A stretch of DNA of 64,000 nucleotides from Octopus vulgaris. Lineage: Eukaryota. The stretch lies in NCBI GenBank assembly GCA_951406725.2, contig OX597822.1, forward strand, positions 24,428,001-24,492,000. Direction: 5' to 3'. A program made the translations under genes and the position numbers. Below the pieces are notes generated by a model. It did not search any database. It was not told the DNA's origin and saw nothing but the letters and a program-made list of their open reading frames with translations. Shown in pieces: positions 50,597 through 63,173 of this stretch (its first letter is position 1; each line of letters begins with the position of its first letter).

Positions 50597-51696
50597 CATA
50601 TGAAGCAATATAGTGAAAGCTAAAAGAAGGCTACGATATAGAACAACCATCTCTCAATGAGGACAACCACCTAAATCAAGACCTTATTAAAAACTGGAAT
50701 AACAGCCCAGGTTGTTATTGCGATGACACTGTACAAGCTTACAGTACAAGGCCTTTGTGAGATGACAAAGCTGAAATAAACCATTAACACATACAATCAC
50801 ACCTTGGAAAATGATATGTCAGGCAGGTAGATCATTGCCTCATGTACTCATAATCATTTAATGCCCACTTTTTATGCTGGTATGGCTTAGACAGTTTGAC
50901 AAGAACTCACTAGGCACAAGACTGCACCAAGGTTCAGTGTCTGTTTTGGCATGGTTTTTATGGCTGGATGCCCTTCTTAATATCAGTCATCTATTAAAAC
51001 AAACATGACAGTGGAAGCAGAATTAAATTCTACTATAAAACAAACACCTGCAGTAATACACAATCTCTTGAGCTTCTATACATACATGGTTTACATGTAT
51101 GCAAAACATACGTGCAGTTCTCTATCGTCCAGAAGGGACCCCAATTTTCATTAGATGCTGAGTATATTGCCTGTCAATCATAAGTGATGATTTAAAAGCA
51201 TTGGTTATGTTTGTTTGTTCCAATAAGGAATTGTAAAAATGCATTACTGTGAGATCTATGGTGCTGTCACTTTGCTCAACTCTATTGGGAATGTATGTAT
51301 GTATGTGTGTATGTGTGTGCATGCGTGCACGCATACACAGAGCTTTGATTGAGTCTAGGACATTTACCGACCCCATGGACAATAACCCCACCCCCAAGGA
51401 CAATTATTCCTGAGGATTTAAAACTTCTTAATATATTGGAGAGGAGGTAATTAACCATGAAGGGGAATTGTTCTACGGGGTAGTTGTCATTGGTGGAATT
51501 GTCTTATGGGGCAGGGGTGATTACCCTAATACTCTTTGATCAGCCCAGGGCCATAGCAGAACACACTTGTTCAAGGTGTTTCTATACAAAGAAGACTGGA
51601 AAGAAAGGACTCCATTTGTATGACAGTAGTATTTATTTGTAATTATCGTATGATGCACGCGTGCATGCGTACACGTGCACACATGCACGTACACAC

Positions 51697-52180
51697 ACGA
51701 GTGCATTCTAGAAGTTTGGGGATTTTTCTTTTTAGGAGAGGTAGTTATAACTGTCCTAAATTATTGTGATTTATTGTATATTATTATACATCTAATGAGC
51801 TGACCTGCCAACTTCTGTTATTCCAGATTGCAAGAGATGGCTTTAACAGCACTTTTATCACACCCTGCTAAACACTACTTGTTGCAGCCAATTAATTTAC
51901 AGAATGCAGTCAGGATACTTGGAAGCTTGCCATGCAAAAGCGTTTTGTGTTAAAACCATGTAAAAGCACTATAGAAACTTATTAAAAATCACCAGACTGC
52001 TTATGAATGAAGCGTCTGTTTTCGGAGGCACAAAAGGCCAGGCAAAGTTTGCCAGGAGGCTTATGATGATCCCCTTTATTTTTGACAGCATGGGCATCAT
52101 TTAGATTCACTTGGTTCCCTCTGACCAGGTGGTCAACAGAGTACATTATGGAGGCTTTCAGGGAGTTCAGGAAGAGATTT
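51697..52180 (+). mobile_element. highly decayed, internally deleted mariner
   Basis: Remnants resembling KARQS...LMMIP.FDSMGII..H.VP..Q.VN.....REFRKRF. Confidence 0.55.
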
Positions 52181-52450
52181 CAAGAACAGCAAATTGCCAG
52201 AAGTCTCAGTCCCTTGTCATCTCCTTTGTGAGTTTCAACATTTGAAGATCATTTCTCAGCACTTCGGCCCATGTCTTCCTGGGTCTACCTCTTCTACAGG
52301 TTCTGTCCACAATTAGTGATTGGCACTTCATTATGTAGCTGTTCTCATCCATCACATGGCCATGGTGCTGGTATGGCCATCACATGGCCATACCAGCACA
52401 GTCTTCTCTCTTACACACTACATCTGGTGCCTCTTCTACCCAATTTTTCT
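52180..52450 (-). mobile_element. RTE LINE ORF2 C-terminus fragment
   Basis: WYGHVM...KCQSLIVDRTCRRGRPRKTWAEVLRNDLQML...FAVLE. Confidence 0.75.
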
Positions 52451-52451
52451 C

Positions 52452-52488
<37 letters not shown>

Positions 52489-52489
52489 C

Positions 52490-52625
52490 CGGAGTAAGCA
52501 CATAAATGTGAAACAAGGTGAAAAAAAGAGTACTCAAATACCAGAGGTAGAGTAATATGATTTATTTAGATGCAGCAGAAATATAAAAAAAGTTGTTACG
52601 CAGTTTCCCATTCGTCGGACAGTTT
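52490..52625 (-). mobile_element. PLE terminus with HHR relic (helix II deleted)
   Basis: ctgt CCGACGA atgg GAAAC tgc GTA| acaa at 52592-52623. Abuts (TA)n. Confidence 0.5.
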
Positions 52626-53171
52626 TTAAAAAAAAAACAAAACGTTGCCAGTACCGCCTGACTGGCCCTTGTGCCGGTGGAATGTAAAAGCACCCACTAC
52701 ACTCTCAGAGTGGTTGGCGTTAGGAAGGACATCCAGCTGTAGAAACTCTGCCAGATCAGATTGGAGCCTGGTGCAGCCATCTGGTTCGCCAGTCCTCAGT
52801 CAAATCGTCCAACCCATGCTAGCATGGAAAGCGGACTGTTAAGCAATGATGATGAGTGGATAGGTAGGTGTGTGTATGATGGATTCTCCCATTGAAGACA
52901 GCCTATGATGACTGTTTAGCTTTTGTTGAACAACCTGCTGAAATGGTTTGCTTATAGTGATCAAATGTTCATGTCGCACATTAGTTCACTCGCTCCATCA
53001 AATTGACATTGTCTGAACAGGTGCATGGTGTACCACATGTCAGGTGTTGAAGTGATTGCAGTGCAATGTGAGATGAATTGTTTTGCTCAAGAACACAACG
53101 CACCACCAGGTTTAGGAACTGAAACCACAATCTCGCGATTGTGAGTATAACACACTAACCACTAGACCATT

Positions 53172-53335
53172 TATATATATTTAAACAGCCGAAATCACTA
53201 AGATGATCCGGTTCCCGACTGAAGATTAGAGGCTTCGAGTGACCCGTTGGTTTTTTGTGTCGTCTCCTTGTGTGTTTTTGCGTTCTTGTCCCACTTTGTA
53301 ATTTATATTTTATATTAAATTCTATACATATATAT
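53172..53335 (+). mobile_element. 5'-truncated relative of the 15640-15958 permuted-HHR element
   Basis: ttaaacagcc GAAA tcac taagatgatccggt tcccga CTGAAGA ttaga ggcttcga aligns without gaps to the 15.7-kb copy. Confidence 0.7.
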
Positions 53336-53930
53336 ATATTTACACACACAGTGCAACCCTATCATAATGCAATAGAAATCATGAAGCGGGACCACTTAAA
53401 AAGAGCAAACATGAACTAAAATATGAGATTCATGAAAATTCAGAAATAAATAAATAAATAATAAAAACAAACAAACAATTACTTATTTTGTTATAACTAC
53501 TTTCAGATTAAATTGGGTTATGTTTACAACAAGACTGCTCAGTGTCTGTGTGTGTATATATATATATATATATACACTATCACCTTCAAGAATGTAGTGA
53601 ATCATTGATTGGTCCAATATGTTCTTCATTCAGGCTCAAACAGCCAATGGGGATATTCTTGATCACAAATGTTACGTGATAACATGTAAACATGTCTGAG
53701 TCGTACTGTATTACCAAACAATGGAATGTGGTTAACTCTTGCATAAGACACATAATCTACTTTACAAATATATGTTGAGGAAAAAAATAAAACAGAAAAA
53801 AAACTGTGTGTACGTGTGTGTGTGCATGCATGCATTTTTGTCCCCACCACCACTGCTTGACAACCAGTGTTGGTGTGTGTTTGTCTCTGTAATTTAGTGG
53901 TTGGCAAAAGAGACCAATGGAATTAATTCC

Positions 53931-54378
53931 AGGAGAACTGGCAGAAACGTTAGCACGCTGGGCGAAATGCTTAGTGGGATTTCGCCTGCTGCTATGTTCT
54001 GAGTTCAAATTCCACCAAAGTCGACTTTGCCTTTCATCCTTTCGGGGTCGATTAAATAAGTACCAGTTATGCACTGGGGTCGATGTAATAGACTTAATCC
54101 ATTTGTCTGTCCTTGTTTGTCCTCTCTGTGTTTAGCCCCTTGTGGGTAGTAAAGAAATAGGTATTTCGTCTGCCACTATGTTCTGAGTTCAAATTCCGCC
54201 GAGGTCGACTTTGCCTTTCATCCTTTCAGGGTCGATTAAATAAGTACCAGTTATGCACTGGGGTCGATATAATCGACTTAATCCATTTGTCTGTCCTTGT
54301 TTGTCCCCTCTGTGTGTAGCCCCTTGTGGGCAGTAAAGAAATAGGTATTTCGTCTGCCACTATGTTCTGAGTTCAAAA
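53931..54378 (+). mobile_element. SINE A followed by head-to-tail 184-bp repeats of its own body
   Basis: Junction AAAGAAATAG|GTATTTCGTCTGCC at 54161 and 54345. Confidence 0.85.
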
Positions 54379-54503
54379 TAAACAGTTGCATATACAACCA
54401 AGATTGGAAAGGAAGGACATCGTGTATAGGACAGAGATGCTCATTTGCAAGCATCACTCTATATCAAGGACTGAGAGAGAGAGAGAAAGAGAAACAGAGA
54501 GAA

Positions 54504-54534
<31 letters not shown>

Positions 54535-54914
54535 CAGAGAGAGAGAGAGAGAGAGAGCTTAAGAGTAACAATTTCAGGTAAACTAATGAACAAAACTGGC
54601 TGCATCTTCTTTACCTATGTATGTTGTTCATTACCGCTTTACTGGGAATCTGACAGAGATAACATTTAACCCATTCCTGCCATAGCAGGAATAAGGCATG
54701 ACAGGCTAAAAGACAATACAACCATTAAATAGTGTAAGATATAATATCAGTTGTTGGTTATTTATGCTAGACAAATGGGTGAAATGAGATGCTGTGGCCT
54801 CCCACAAACTGCTTCTGGGCTGTAAGCAGTAATTCATAAGTTTGTGCTAAAGGAAGGACATCGTGTATAGGACAGAGATGCTTCATTTGCAAGCATCACT
54901 CTATATCAAGGACT

Positions 54915-55085
54915 GCAGGAGTGGCTGTGTGGTAAGTAGCTTGCTTACGAAGCACATGGTTCCGGGTTCAGTCCCACTGCGTGGCACCTTGGGAAAGTGT
55001 CTTCTACTATAGCCTCGGGCCGATCAAAGCCTTGTGAGTGGATTTGGTAGACAGAAACTAAAAGAAGCCCGGCGTATATATGTAC

Positions 55086-55143
<58 letters not shown>

Positions 55144-55353
55144 TTGTGTGTCTGTATTTGTCGCCCCAACATCGGGTGACAACCGATGCTGGTGTGTTTA
55201 CGTCCCTGTAACTTAGCAGTTCGGCAAAAGAGACCGATACAATAAGTAATAGGCTTACAAAGAATAAGTCCTGGGGTCGATTTGCTCGACTAAAGGCAGT
55301 GCTCCAGCATGGCCACAGTCAAATGAATGAAACAAGTAAAAAAGTAAAGAGTA
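54915..55353 (+). mobile_element. SINE family B, full length
   Basis: Head GCAGGAGTGGCTGTGTGGTAAG...GGGTTCAGTCCC through tail GAAACAAGTAAA. Confidence 0.9.
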
Positions 55354-57797
55354 ATAATTGTTGTACTTAGTGGAGGTGCATGGCTTAGTGGGTAGGGTGT
55401 TGGACTCATAATTGTAAGATTATGGTTTCAATTCCTGGACCAGGCAGTGCATCATGTTCTTGAGCAAAACACTTCATTTTATGTCACTCCAGTCCACTGG
55501 CGACAATGTGAAATTCAGTGAGGGACCAGTGTCCCATCCAGGGAAAATTATATCAGAGAAACCAAGAAACCAACCCTACGCTCCTTATGGAGTAATAGAA
55601 CTAGCCCAGTAGTCTGATACTCATTTGGCTCCCTGGTCTCCCATTCACAATACTGCTGCTTTAGACTTAGGACAATTTTAGGCCAGGTTTAAAAATAAAC
55701 AAGTGCATGTCATGTATGCTGGTAAACACAATACACTTGAATATAGATATGAATATTATTACTCTGTAGAAACACTGCCAGATCAGACTGGAGCCTGGTG
55801 CAGCCTCCTGGCTTCCCAGACCCCGGTTGAACTGTCCAACCCATGCTAGCAGGGAAAACGGACGTTAAACGATGATGATGATACACTTGTATACACACTT
55901 GTGTAAACACAGATTCCATGAATAATACTGTTTTATGCATATTTTTCTAAAGTAAGGTTGCACTCTCTCAGACTCCAGAGGATGCTAAGGAAGTTAAACT
56001 ACTACTACTACTACTACTACAGCTCAGCTTTTCTTGTATTATTTCTGGCAGGTTTTCATTTAGAGCATTTATATTCTCATTAACTGGAGTAATCAAGGGT
56101 GTCATGTGCATTAAATATAGGGAAATTAGAGTGATGAGGTCACAGAAATGTTGGAAACTACTGATCTAGTCCAATACGATGATGGGATGGTCATGGCTGG
56201 AACATCTTTGATCATAGATCTGCTTTGTCAGAGATGATGTAGACTAAAGAACAACACACACACACACACACACACACACAGGAGTTGGGGTAAGCATTAA
56301 AGTATTGAATAGAATACCTTGTAGCATTCACTGGCCCTCCGTCCAAATCTTACCAAGGTTAAATTTTTTTTGTGTCTTTTCAAGATCAATAAATAAAGTA
56401 CCAGTCTAGTACTAGGGCTAGATTCTTCTCTGTCTGTCTCTCTTTCTCTCTCTGATAAAGAAATTAGCTGTATATAGACCTAGAGAAAACCAGGCCTATG
56501 GTTCCCCCTGGCATTTAAGATATCAAAGACACACAATATCTTCCAATTCCAGCAGAAGCTGAGGGCATTGAAAAGAAAAGAAGGAAGGATACACATACAT
56601 ACATCAGCATATTGACATATCAATTAAGTGTTTAGCTAATTCCTGCAAAAAAAAAAAAAAATCAATTAAAAACTTATCTTCATCATCACCATTATCATTT
56701 TTCCATGCTTGCATGGGCCAGATGCAATTTCTTGAAGAAAATTTTCTACAACCAGATTGCCCTTCCTGTCACCAACCTGTACTTATTTCCAAGCAAGATA
56801 AATATTTCCTCATAACTGGACAAAGATTTTCATGAAAGATTGGACAATGTGTATAGGGCAGTGATGCTCATTTGCAAGCATCACTCTATATCAAGACTGA
56901 GAGAGAAAGAGAGAGAGAGACACACACACACACGCAACCACATACACACATATAAACACCCATACACACCGTGCTTCTTTAAGTTTCTGCCTAACAAATC
57001 TATCCACAAAGATTTGGTAAGACTGGCCCTCTGTTCAAATCTTACCAAAGTTTTTTTTTTTTTTTTTGTCTTTTTAAGATCAATAAATAAAGTACCAGTT
57101 TAGTACTAGGGCTGGATTCGTATCTGTCTGTCTGTCTCTGATAAAGAAATTAGCTGAATTCAGACCTAGAGAAAACCAGGCTATAGTAGAAGACTCCTGC
57201 TCAAAGTGCCACAGAATGGGACTAAACCCTGTAATATGTAGTTGGGAAGTGATATGTCTGTGTCTGATATCATTGGAGGCTGTATTAGTTACAATGACGG
57301 ATGGTCCAATTGATCCAAACAATACCACAGCCTGCTGGTTAAATTAACATGCAAGTGGCTGAACACTTCACAGACATGTGTACTCTTACTGTAGTTTAGT
57401 TCTCAGGGGAATTCAGCATGGTTTGGAGTGTGACAAGGCAGACACTTTTGAAATACAGGTACTACTCGTTTCTGCTAGCTGAGTGCATTGAAGCTACATG
57501 AAATAAAGTGTCTTGCTCAAGGAGACAATGTGCTATTGGGAATCAAATTCAAAGCTTTATGATTGCAAGCTGAATACCTCAGCTACAAAGCTACTTGTCT
57601 TCCTTGTGTCTGATAAGACTATTGAAAGCACACAGGCACATGCAAAAAAAAACAAACACACACACATGCACACAGACATGCATATGCACGCATACACATG
57701 CACACACATGCATACATGCACGCACAACAGAATTAAAATTTTAAATCAGTACAAAAATTCAACCAAAATATTCTAAAATTTGAAATTGAAAGCTGGA

Positions 57798-58154
57798 CAT
57801 TATTTACATTCAACGGATATTTGTCCTCATCTTATTTGTTGTTAACACATTTCGGCTGATATACCCTCCAGCCTTCTTCAGGTGGTTAAGAACATCATGG
57901 TTAAGAGCGCGGGCTACTAACCCCAAGATTCCAAGTTCGATTCCAAGCAGTGACCTGAACAATAACAATAATAATAGCATCGAAAAATACCTTAGGAATG
58001 AGAACCCAGGTTCGAAATTTCCCCAAGACACCTGATGAAGGCTGGAGGGTATAACAGCCGAAACGTTGTGTTAACAACAAACAAGATGAGGACAAATATC
58101 CAACGAATGTCAATAATGTAAATAATATGCATAATTCTTCATCTCTTAAATATA
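57798..58154 (+). mobile_element. tRNA-headed, hammerhead-containing retroelement with inverted 5' arm and 15-bp TSD
   Basis: TSD AAATTGAAAGCTGGA (57783-57797, 58155-58169). Inverted arm 57798-57884, tRNA-like segment 57898-57956, HHR 58027-58072. Confidence 0.8.
58027..58072 (+). ncRNA. minimal type I hammerhead ribozyme (dimer type)
   Basis: gacac CTGATGA a ggctg-gagggtataa-cagcc GAAAC GTT| gtgtt. Helix III is the palindrome AACGTT with no loop. Confidence 0.8.
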
Positions 58155-59173
58155 AAATTGAAAGCTGGAGTTAATTTTTTTTTTTTTTTTTACCTTACAT
58201 AATTAGAATTTTAATTCTTTAGTGTTCGGATTTCTCTGTCAAATGTAATTGCTTATTTCTTCACATTAATATGAATTAGTGGAATCTGTGAAAATTCCAC
58301 AGAATGAGAAAGATTAAGAGAAGCTATTTAAGAAAATAAGGATGATTTTTTTTTCTATTTATTTTGCTAATTTATTTCACTCCCAGTCACAATTATATAT
58401 TATAGGATTTAAAAATTTCCCTCTGCTAAGCACTATATATTTCTCTCTACCTCTTCAACAAATTTTTCAATCATGTAATTCCCCTCTTCATGTCTTTCAC
58501 ATTTCTCTTTTTTTTCACCTTTCCCTCCCCACTTTACAGCACATCATTAACACTACTCTCTCCCCTTTTTTTACTCACTGTCTTTTTCTCTCGCTCCTCG
58601 CCTGTCCCTTCAACTAACCATGTGATGTATTTGGCTTTAGTGCATTATTATATCCTTCTCTTCTTTCTTCTCTACTCACATTTCTCCCCCCCCCCTCTCT
58701 CATTCTTACACTACCTCTCACTCACTCCACCTCCACCTCTCTAAAATATAACAGGTGGATGAACAAGCAGATTATCATAAAATAGTCATGCCTTATTTTG
58801 TAGTTTTGAAATTTCAATGATGTGATTGTATATTTTTAGAATAATATTGTAGGGTAAGCGTGAGAGACTGGATCTGGCCAGTTTGAAGATAAACAGATAA
58901 ATCATTTTGGCCAGATATGGCCAGTTTAAATGCCAAAGTGTTAATATTGATTTCGATTTTGGCACAAGGGCAGCAATTTTGGAGCAGAGGGTAAGCTGAT
59001 TTCATTGACCCCAGTATCTAAATGGTACTTATTTTATTGACCCTGAAAGGATGAAAGGCAAAAAAAAAAATCAACCTAAACAGCATTTGAACTCAGAATG
59101 TAAAGTCAAGAAATAATGCTAAGTATTTTATCCAAAATCTAATGACACCTTAGCATCTATGCTTCTGATATTA

Positions 59174-59560
59174 ACTCTTTTACTTGTTTCAGTCATTTGA
59201 CTGCGGCCATGCTGGAGCACCGCCTTTAGTCGAGCAAATCAACCCTAGGACTTTGTAAACCTAGTACTTATTCTATCAGTCTCTTTTGCCGAACCGCTAA
59301 GTTACAGGGATGTAAACACACCAGCATCGGTTGTCAAGCGATGATGGGGGGACAAACACAGACACAAACATACACATATATATACATATTCATATGTGAC
59401 GGGCTTCTTTCAGTTTCCGTCTACCAAATCCACTCACAAGGCTTTGGTCGGCCTGAGGCTATAGTAGAAGACACTTGCCCAAGGTGCCACGCAGTGGGAC
59501 TGAACCCAGAACCATGTGGTTGGTAAGCAAGCTACTTACCACACAGCCACTCCTGCGCCT
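59174..59560 (-). mobile_element. SINE family B, full length, young
   Basis: Close match to the copies at 54915-55353 and 49490-49880. Confidence 0.9.
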
Positions 59561-60729
59561 ATACTTAACACATCTTTTGCTTTTATTAATTCTGAAATTT
59601 CAAACTGTAAGCAAAACAAATATATTAATTAAGAAATAAAAAAAAAATCACATCACTTTGTACCATATTTTGCCTAATGATCTTTGATATTTTCATGAGG
59701 ACATCATATGATGAACAAATGTTGAGCATACTCTTACCAATATAATGATGATGATGATAATAATAACAATAATAATAATAATAATAGAGCTTATTGTATA
59801 TGTTCTACTTTACAACCTTACAAGAAAACTATTTCCATATCTAAGAAACACACACACACACAGCTGTCAAAACACAATTAACAAAAATTTTCCGACTAAC
59901 GAGCATTGTTGTGATGGCAAACATAAAATCCTTGGTGATAAGTACAGAACACATATAAGTTTATAGCCAACGAATAATCGATGAGATGGTGTGGTGGTGG
60001 TAGTGGTAGTAAGTAATGGTGGTGGAGGTGACGTAGAAGTGCAATGATGTGATAACAGTTACTTAGTTTAACAACTGCACAGTTACAACATGAGGAAACG
60101 ATAGAGGTTGCAGACATTTGGAGCAGCACAAAGTAATGTAATAATGCTGTATTATTAAACACTGCACACACTGTAAACACTGCACCAGTAACATAGTACA
60201 CCATTGTAGAACCAATGAGAGAGTCTCTTTATGCATATAGGAAAACAAATTAAAAAAGAAAAACAACTTTGGATGGTCCCAGCTGGGATGTCTTTCATCA
60301 CAGAGTTACTTGTTCAGAATCGACCTAGGGTTAAACAACAGCTTCTTGTTAAAGAATTGTGGTGTTTGACTAACTGAGATAGCTGATCTATTAGAAATCA
60401 CAACCAAATCTCTAAAAGCGGAACACATTAGATAAATTAATCCAAGAATGCGTCCAACCCAACCAGTAAAAAGACAGGATGGTCACAGTTTAAATGCCTC
60501 TAATTGTAAGTTTGTTTTGTCAGGGTTGGCGAGGGAGGAAAAATAAATGGCAATTACATGTAAATAATGAGCTGATGAATGAAAAAAGCTTCCATGCAGT
60601 CAGACGAATTGCTAAAAATAACAGCATGTCACTCTCAAATCACTGCAAACTATTTGAAAAAAGAAAGGAGACAACCCTTGATCCATATAGTTGGTAATTC
60701 ATTATGTGATATTGTGAGATATGATGTGG

Positions 60730-60730
<1 letters not shown>

Positions 60731-60762
<32 letters not shown>

Positions 60763-60983
60763 TGTGTGTGTGTGTGTGTGTGTGTGTCTGTGTGTGTGTG
60801 TGTCTGTGTGTCTGTGTCTGTGTGTGTCTGTGTGTGTCTGTGTCTGTCTGTCTGTCTGTGTGTGTGTGTGTCTGTCTGTCTGTGTGTGTGTGTGTCTGTC
60901 TGTCTGTGTGTGTCTGTCTGTCTGTGTGTGTGTGTCTGTCTGTCTGTCTGTCTGTGTGTGTGTGTCTGTCTGTCTGTGTGTGT

Positions 60984-61028
<45 letters not shown>

Positions 61029-61503
61029 TGTCTGTCTGTGCGTGTGTGTGTGTCTGTCTGTGCGTGTGTGTGTGTCTGTCTGTGCGTGTGTGTGTGTCTG
61101 TCTGTGCGTGTGTGTGTGTCTGTCTGTGCGTGTGTGTGTGTGTCTGTCTGTGCGTGTGTGTGTGTCTGTCTGTGCGTGTGTGTGTATGTGTGTGTGTATG
61201 TGTGTGTGTGCGTGTGTGCGCCTGCGTGTGTGCGCCTGCGTGTGTGCGCCTGCGTGTGTGTGTGTCTGCGTGTGTGTGTCTGCGTGTGTGTGTCTGCGTG
61301 TGTGTGTCTGCGTGTGTGTGTCTGTGTGTGTGTGTGTGTGTGTGTCTGTGTGTGTGTGTGTGTCTGTGTGTGTCTGCGTGTGTGTCTGCGTGTGTGTCTG
61401 CGTGTCTGTGTGTGTGTCTGTGTGTGTGTCTGTGTGTCTGTGTGTGTCTGTGTGTGTCTGTGTGTGTCTGTGTGTGTCTGTGTGTGTCTGTGTGTGTCTG
61501 TGT

Positions 61504-61550
<47 letters not shown>

Positions 61551-61563
61551 TGTGTGTGTGTGT

Positions 61564-61608
<45 letters not shown>

Positions 61609-61632
61609 TGTGTGTGTGTCTGTGTGTGTGTT
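60731..61632. repeat. about 900-bp compound (GT)n/(GTCT)n/(GC) microsatellite
   Basis: Direct inspection; explains the 305-355 aa Cys/Val ORFs. Confidence 0.97.
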
Positions 61633-63173
61633 TGTGTTTCTACTAGTGTAAATTGGGGTGTTGAGTTGTATCCCTTTAATATGGAATGGTTACATAGTCA
61701 TTCAATAAATAGAGATCGATAAGGTGGCAAGATGGTAGAATCGTTAGCATGCCGGGCAAAATGCTTAGCAGAATTTTGTCAGTCTTTATGTTCCGAGTTC
61801 AAATTCTGCTGAGGTCAACTTTACTTTTCATCCTATCAGGGCCAGTAAAATAAATACCAGTTCAGTATTGAAGTTGATGTGATCAACTTACCCACTCCCA
61901 TGAAACTGCTGGCCTTGTGCCAAAATTTGAAATCAATAAATAAAGATCGATATACAATGATGCAGGTATGGCCATGTGCTTAAATGGTTCCCAACCTCAC
62001 AGTTTTGGGTTCAGTTTCACTGTATGGCATCATGGGAAAGTGTTTTCCACTAAAGCTTTGGGCCAATGCGAAAAGCTTGTGAATGGATTTAATAGACAGA
62101 AAGTGAGAGAAATAATCATACACACACATGGGTATATTTGTGTGAGTGTGTGAGTGAGTGAGTGAGTGAGTGCATTTGTGTGCATGCATGCAATTGTGTG
62201 TGCGTGCATGCGTATGTGTGTGTGTGTGTTTGTGTGTGCATGCGTGTGTATGTGTGTGTGAGTTTGTGTGTATGTGTGTGAGTGAGTTTGCGCACATGCA
62301 AGTTTGCGCGCTCAAGTTTGCATGTGTGTGTGTGTGAGTGTGTGTATGTGAGTGTGTGTATGTGAGTGTGTGTGAGTGAGTGAGTGTGCGTGAGCGAGTG
62401 TGAGTGAGTTTGTGTGTGTGAGTGTGTGTATGTGTGAGTGTGTGTGTATGAGTGTGTGTGTGTGAGTGAGTGTGAATATTTGGGAGTTTTTGTTCTGACA
62501 TTGTATGATAATTGTTGGTCCAGGGCCATAGATGAAGACACTTGCCCATGGTGCCATGCAGTGTGGGATTGAACCCAAAATCATGTGGTTGACAAGCAAA
62601 CTTCTTAACCACACAACTCTGCCTGCACCTGTTACATAAAAAAATAAATACTAAAACCGGATGGTCCTGGCTGGAATGTTAGTGATCGTAAGAACAAGGA
62701 ATCTGATACAAACCTATCCAAAGGCTTAGTTTTGGCTTAAGTGAAAATGCTAATAATAATCCTTTCTATTATAGGCACAAGGTCTGAAATTTTTGGGGGA
62801 AGGGGACAATCGATTACATCAACCCCAGTACACAAATGATACGTATTTCATCAACCCTGAAAGGATGAAAAGCAAAGCCGACCCCGGCAGAATTTGAACT
62901 TAGAATGTAAAGACTGACAGAAAAAAAATCAGTAAACGTTTAGCCTGGTATGCTAACGATTCTGCCAGTTTGCACTTTTAAAAATGCTGATAATGATAAT
63001 TTTTTTTTTTTTTCTTGTTGGCAAAAAGACAACAATTATGAGGGGAGTGGCCAAGTTGATTGTATCAACTGCAGTACTTGACTGGTACTTTATTTTATCA
63101 ATTCTGACAGGTTGAAAAGCAATGTGATGAGTCAAGAGAAATATTGTTATGCATTTTATCTCATGTTCTAATG

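Noticed and set aside
57898-57956. tRNA gene (anticodon ACT)
   Set aside because: The 5' acceptor strand is missing, the T-stem is imperfect, and it is embedded in a TSD-bounded retroelement. Treated as a SINE head, like the other tRNA-like heads in the window.
60579-61722. 305-355 aa Cys/Val-rich ORFs
   Set aside because: Translations of a compound (GT)n microsatellite, open in all frames.
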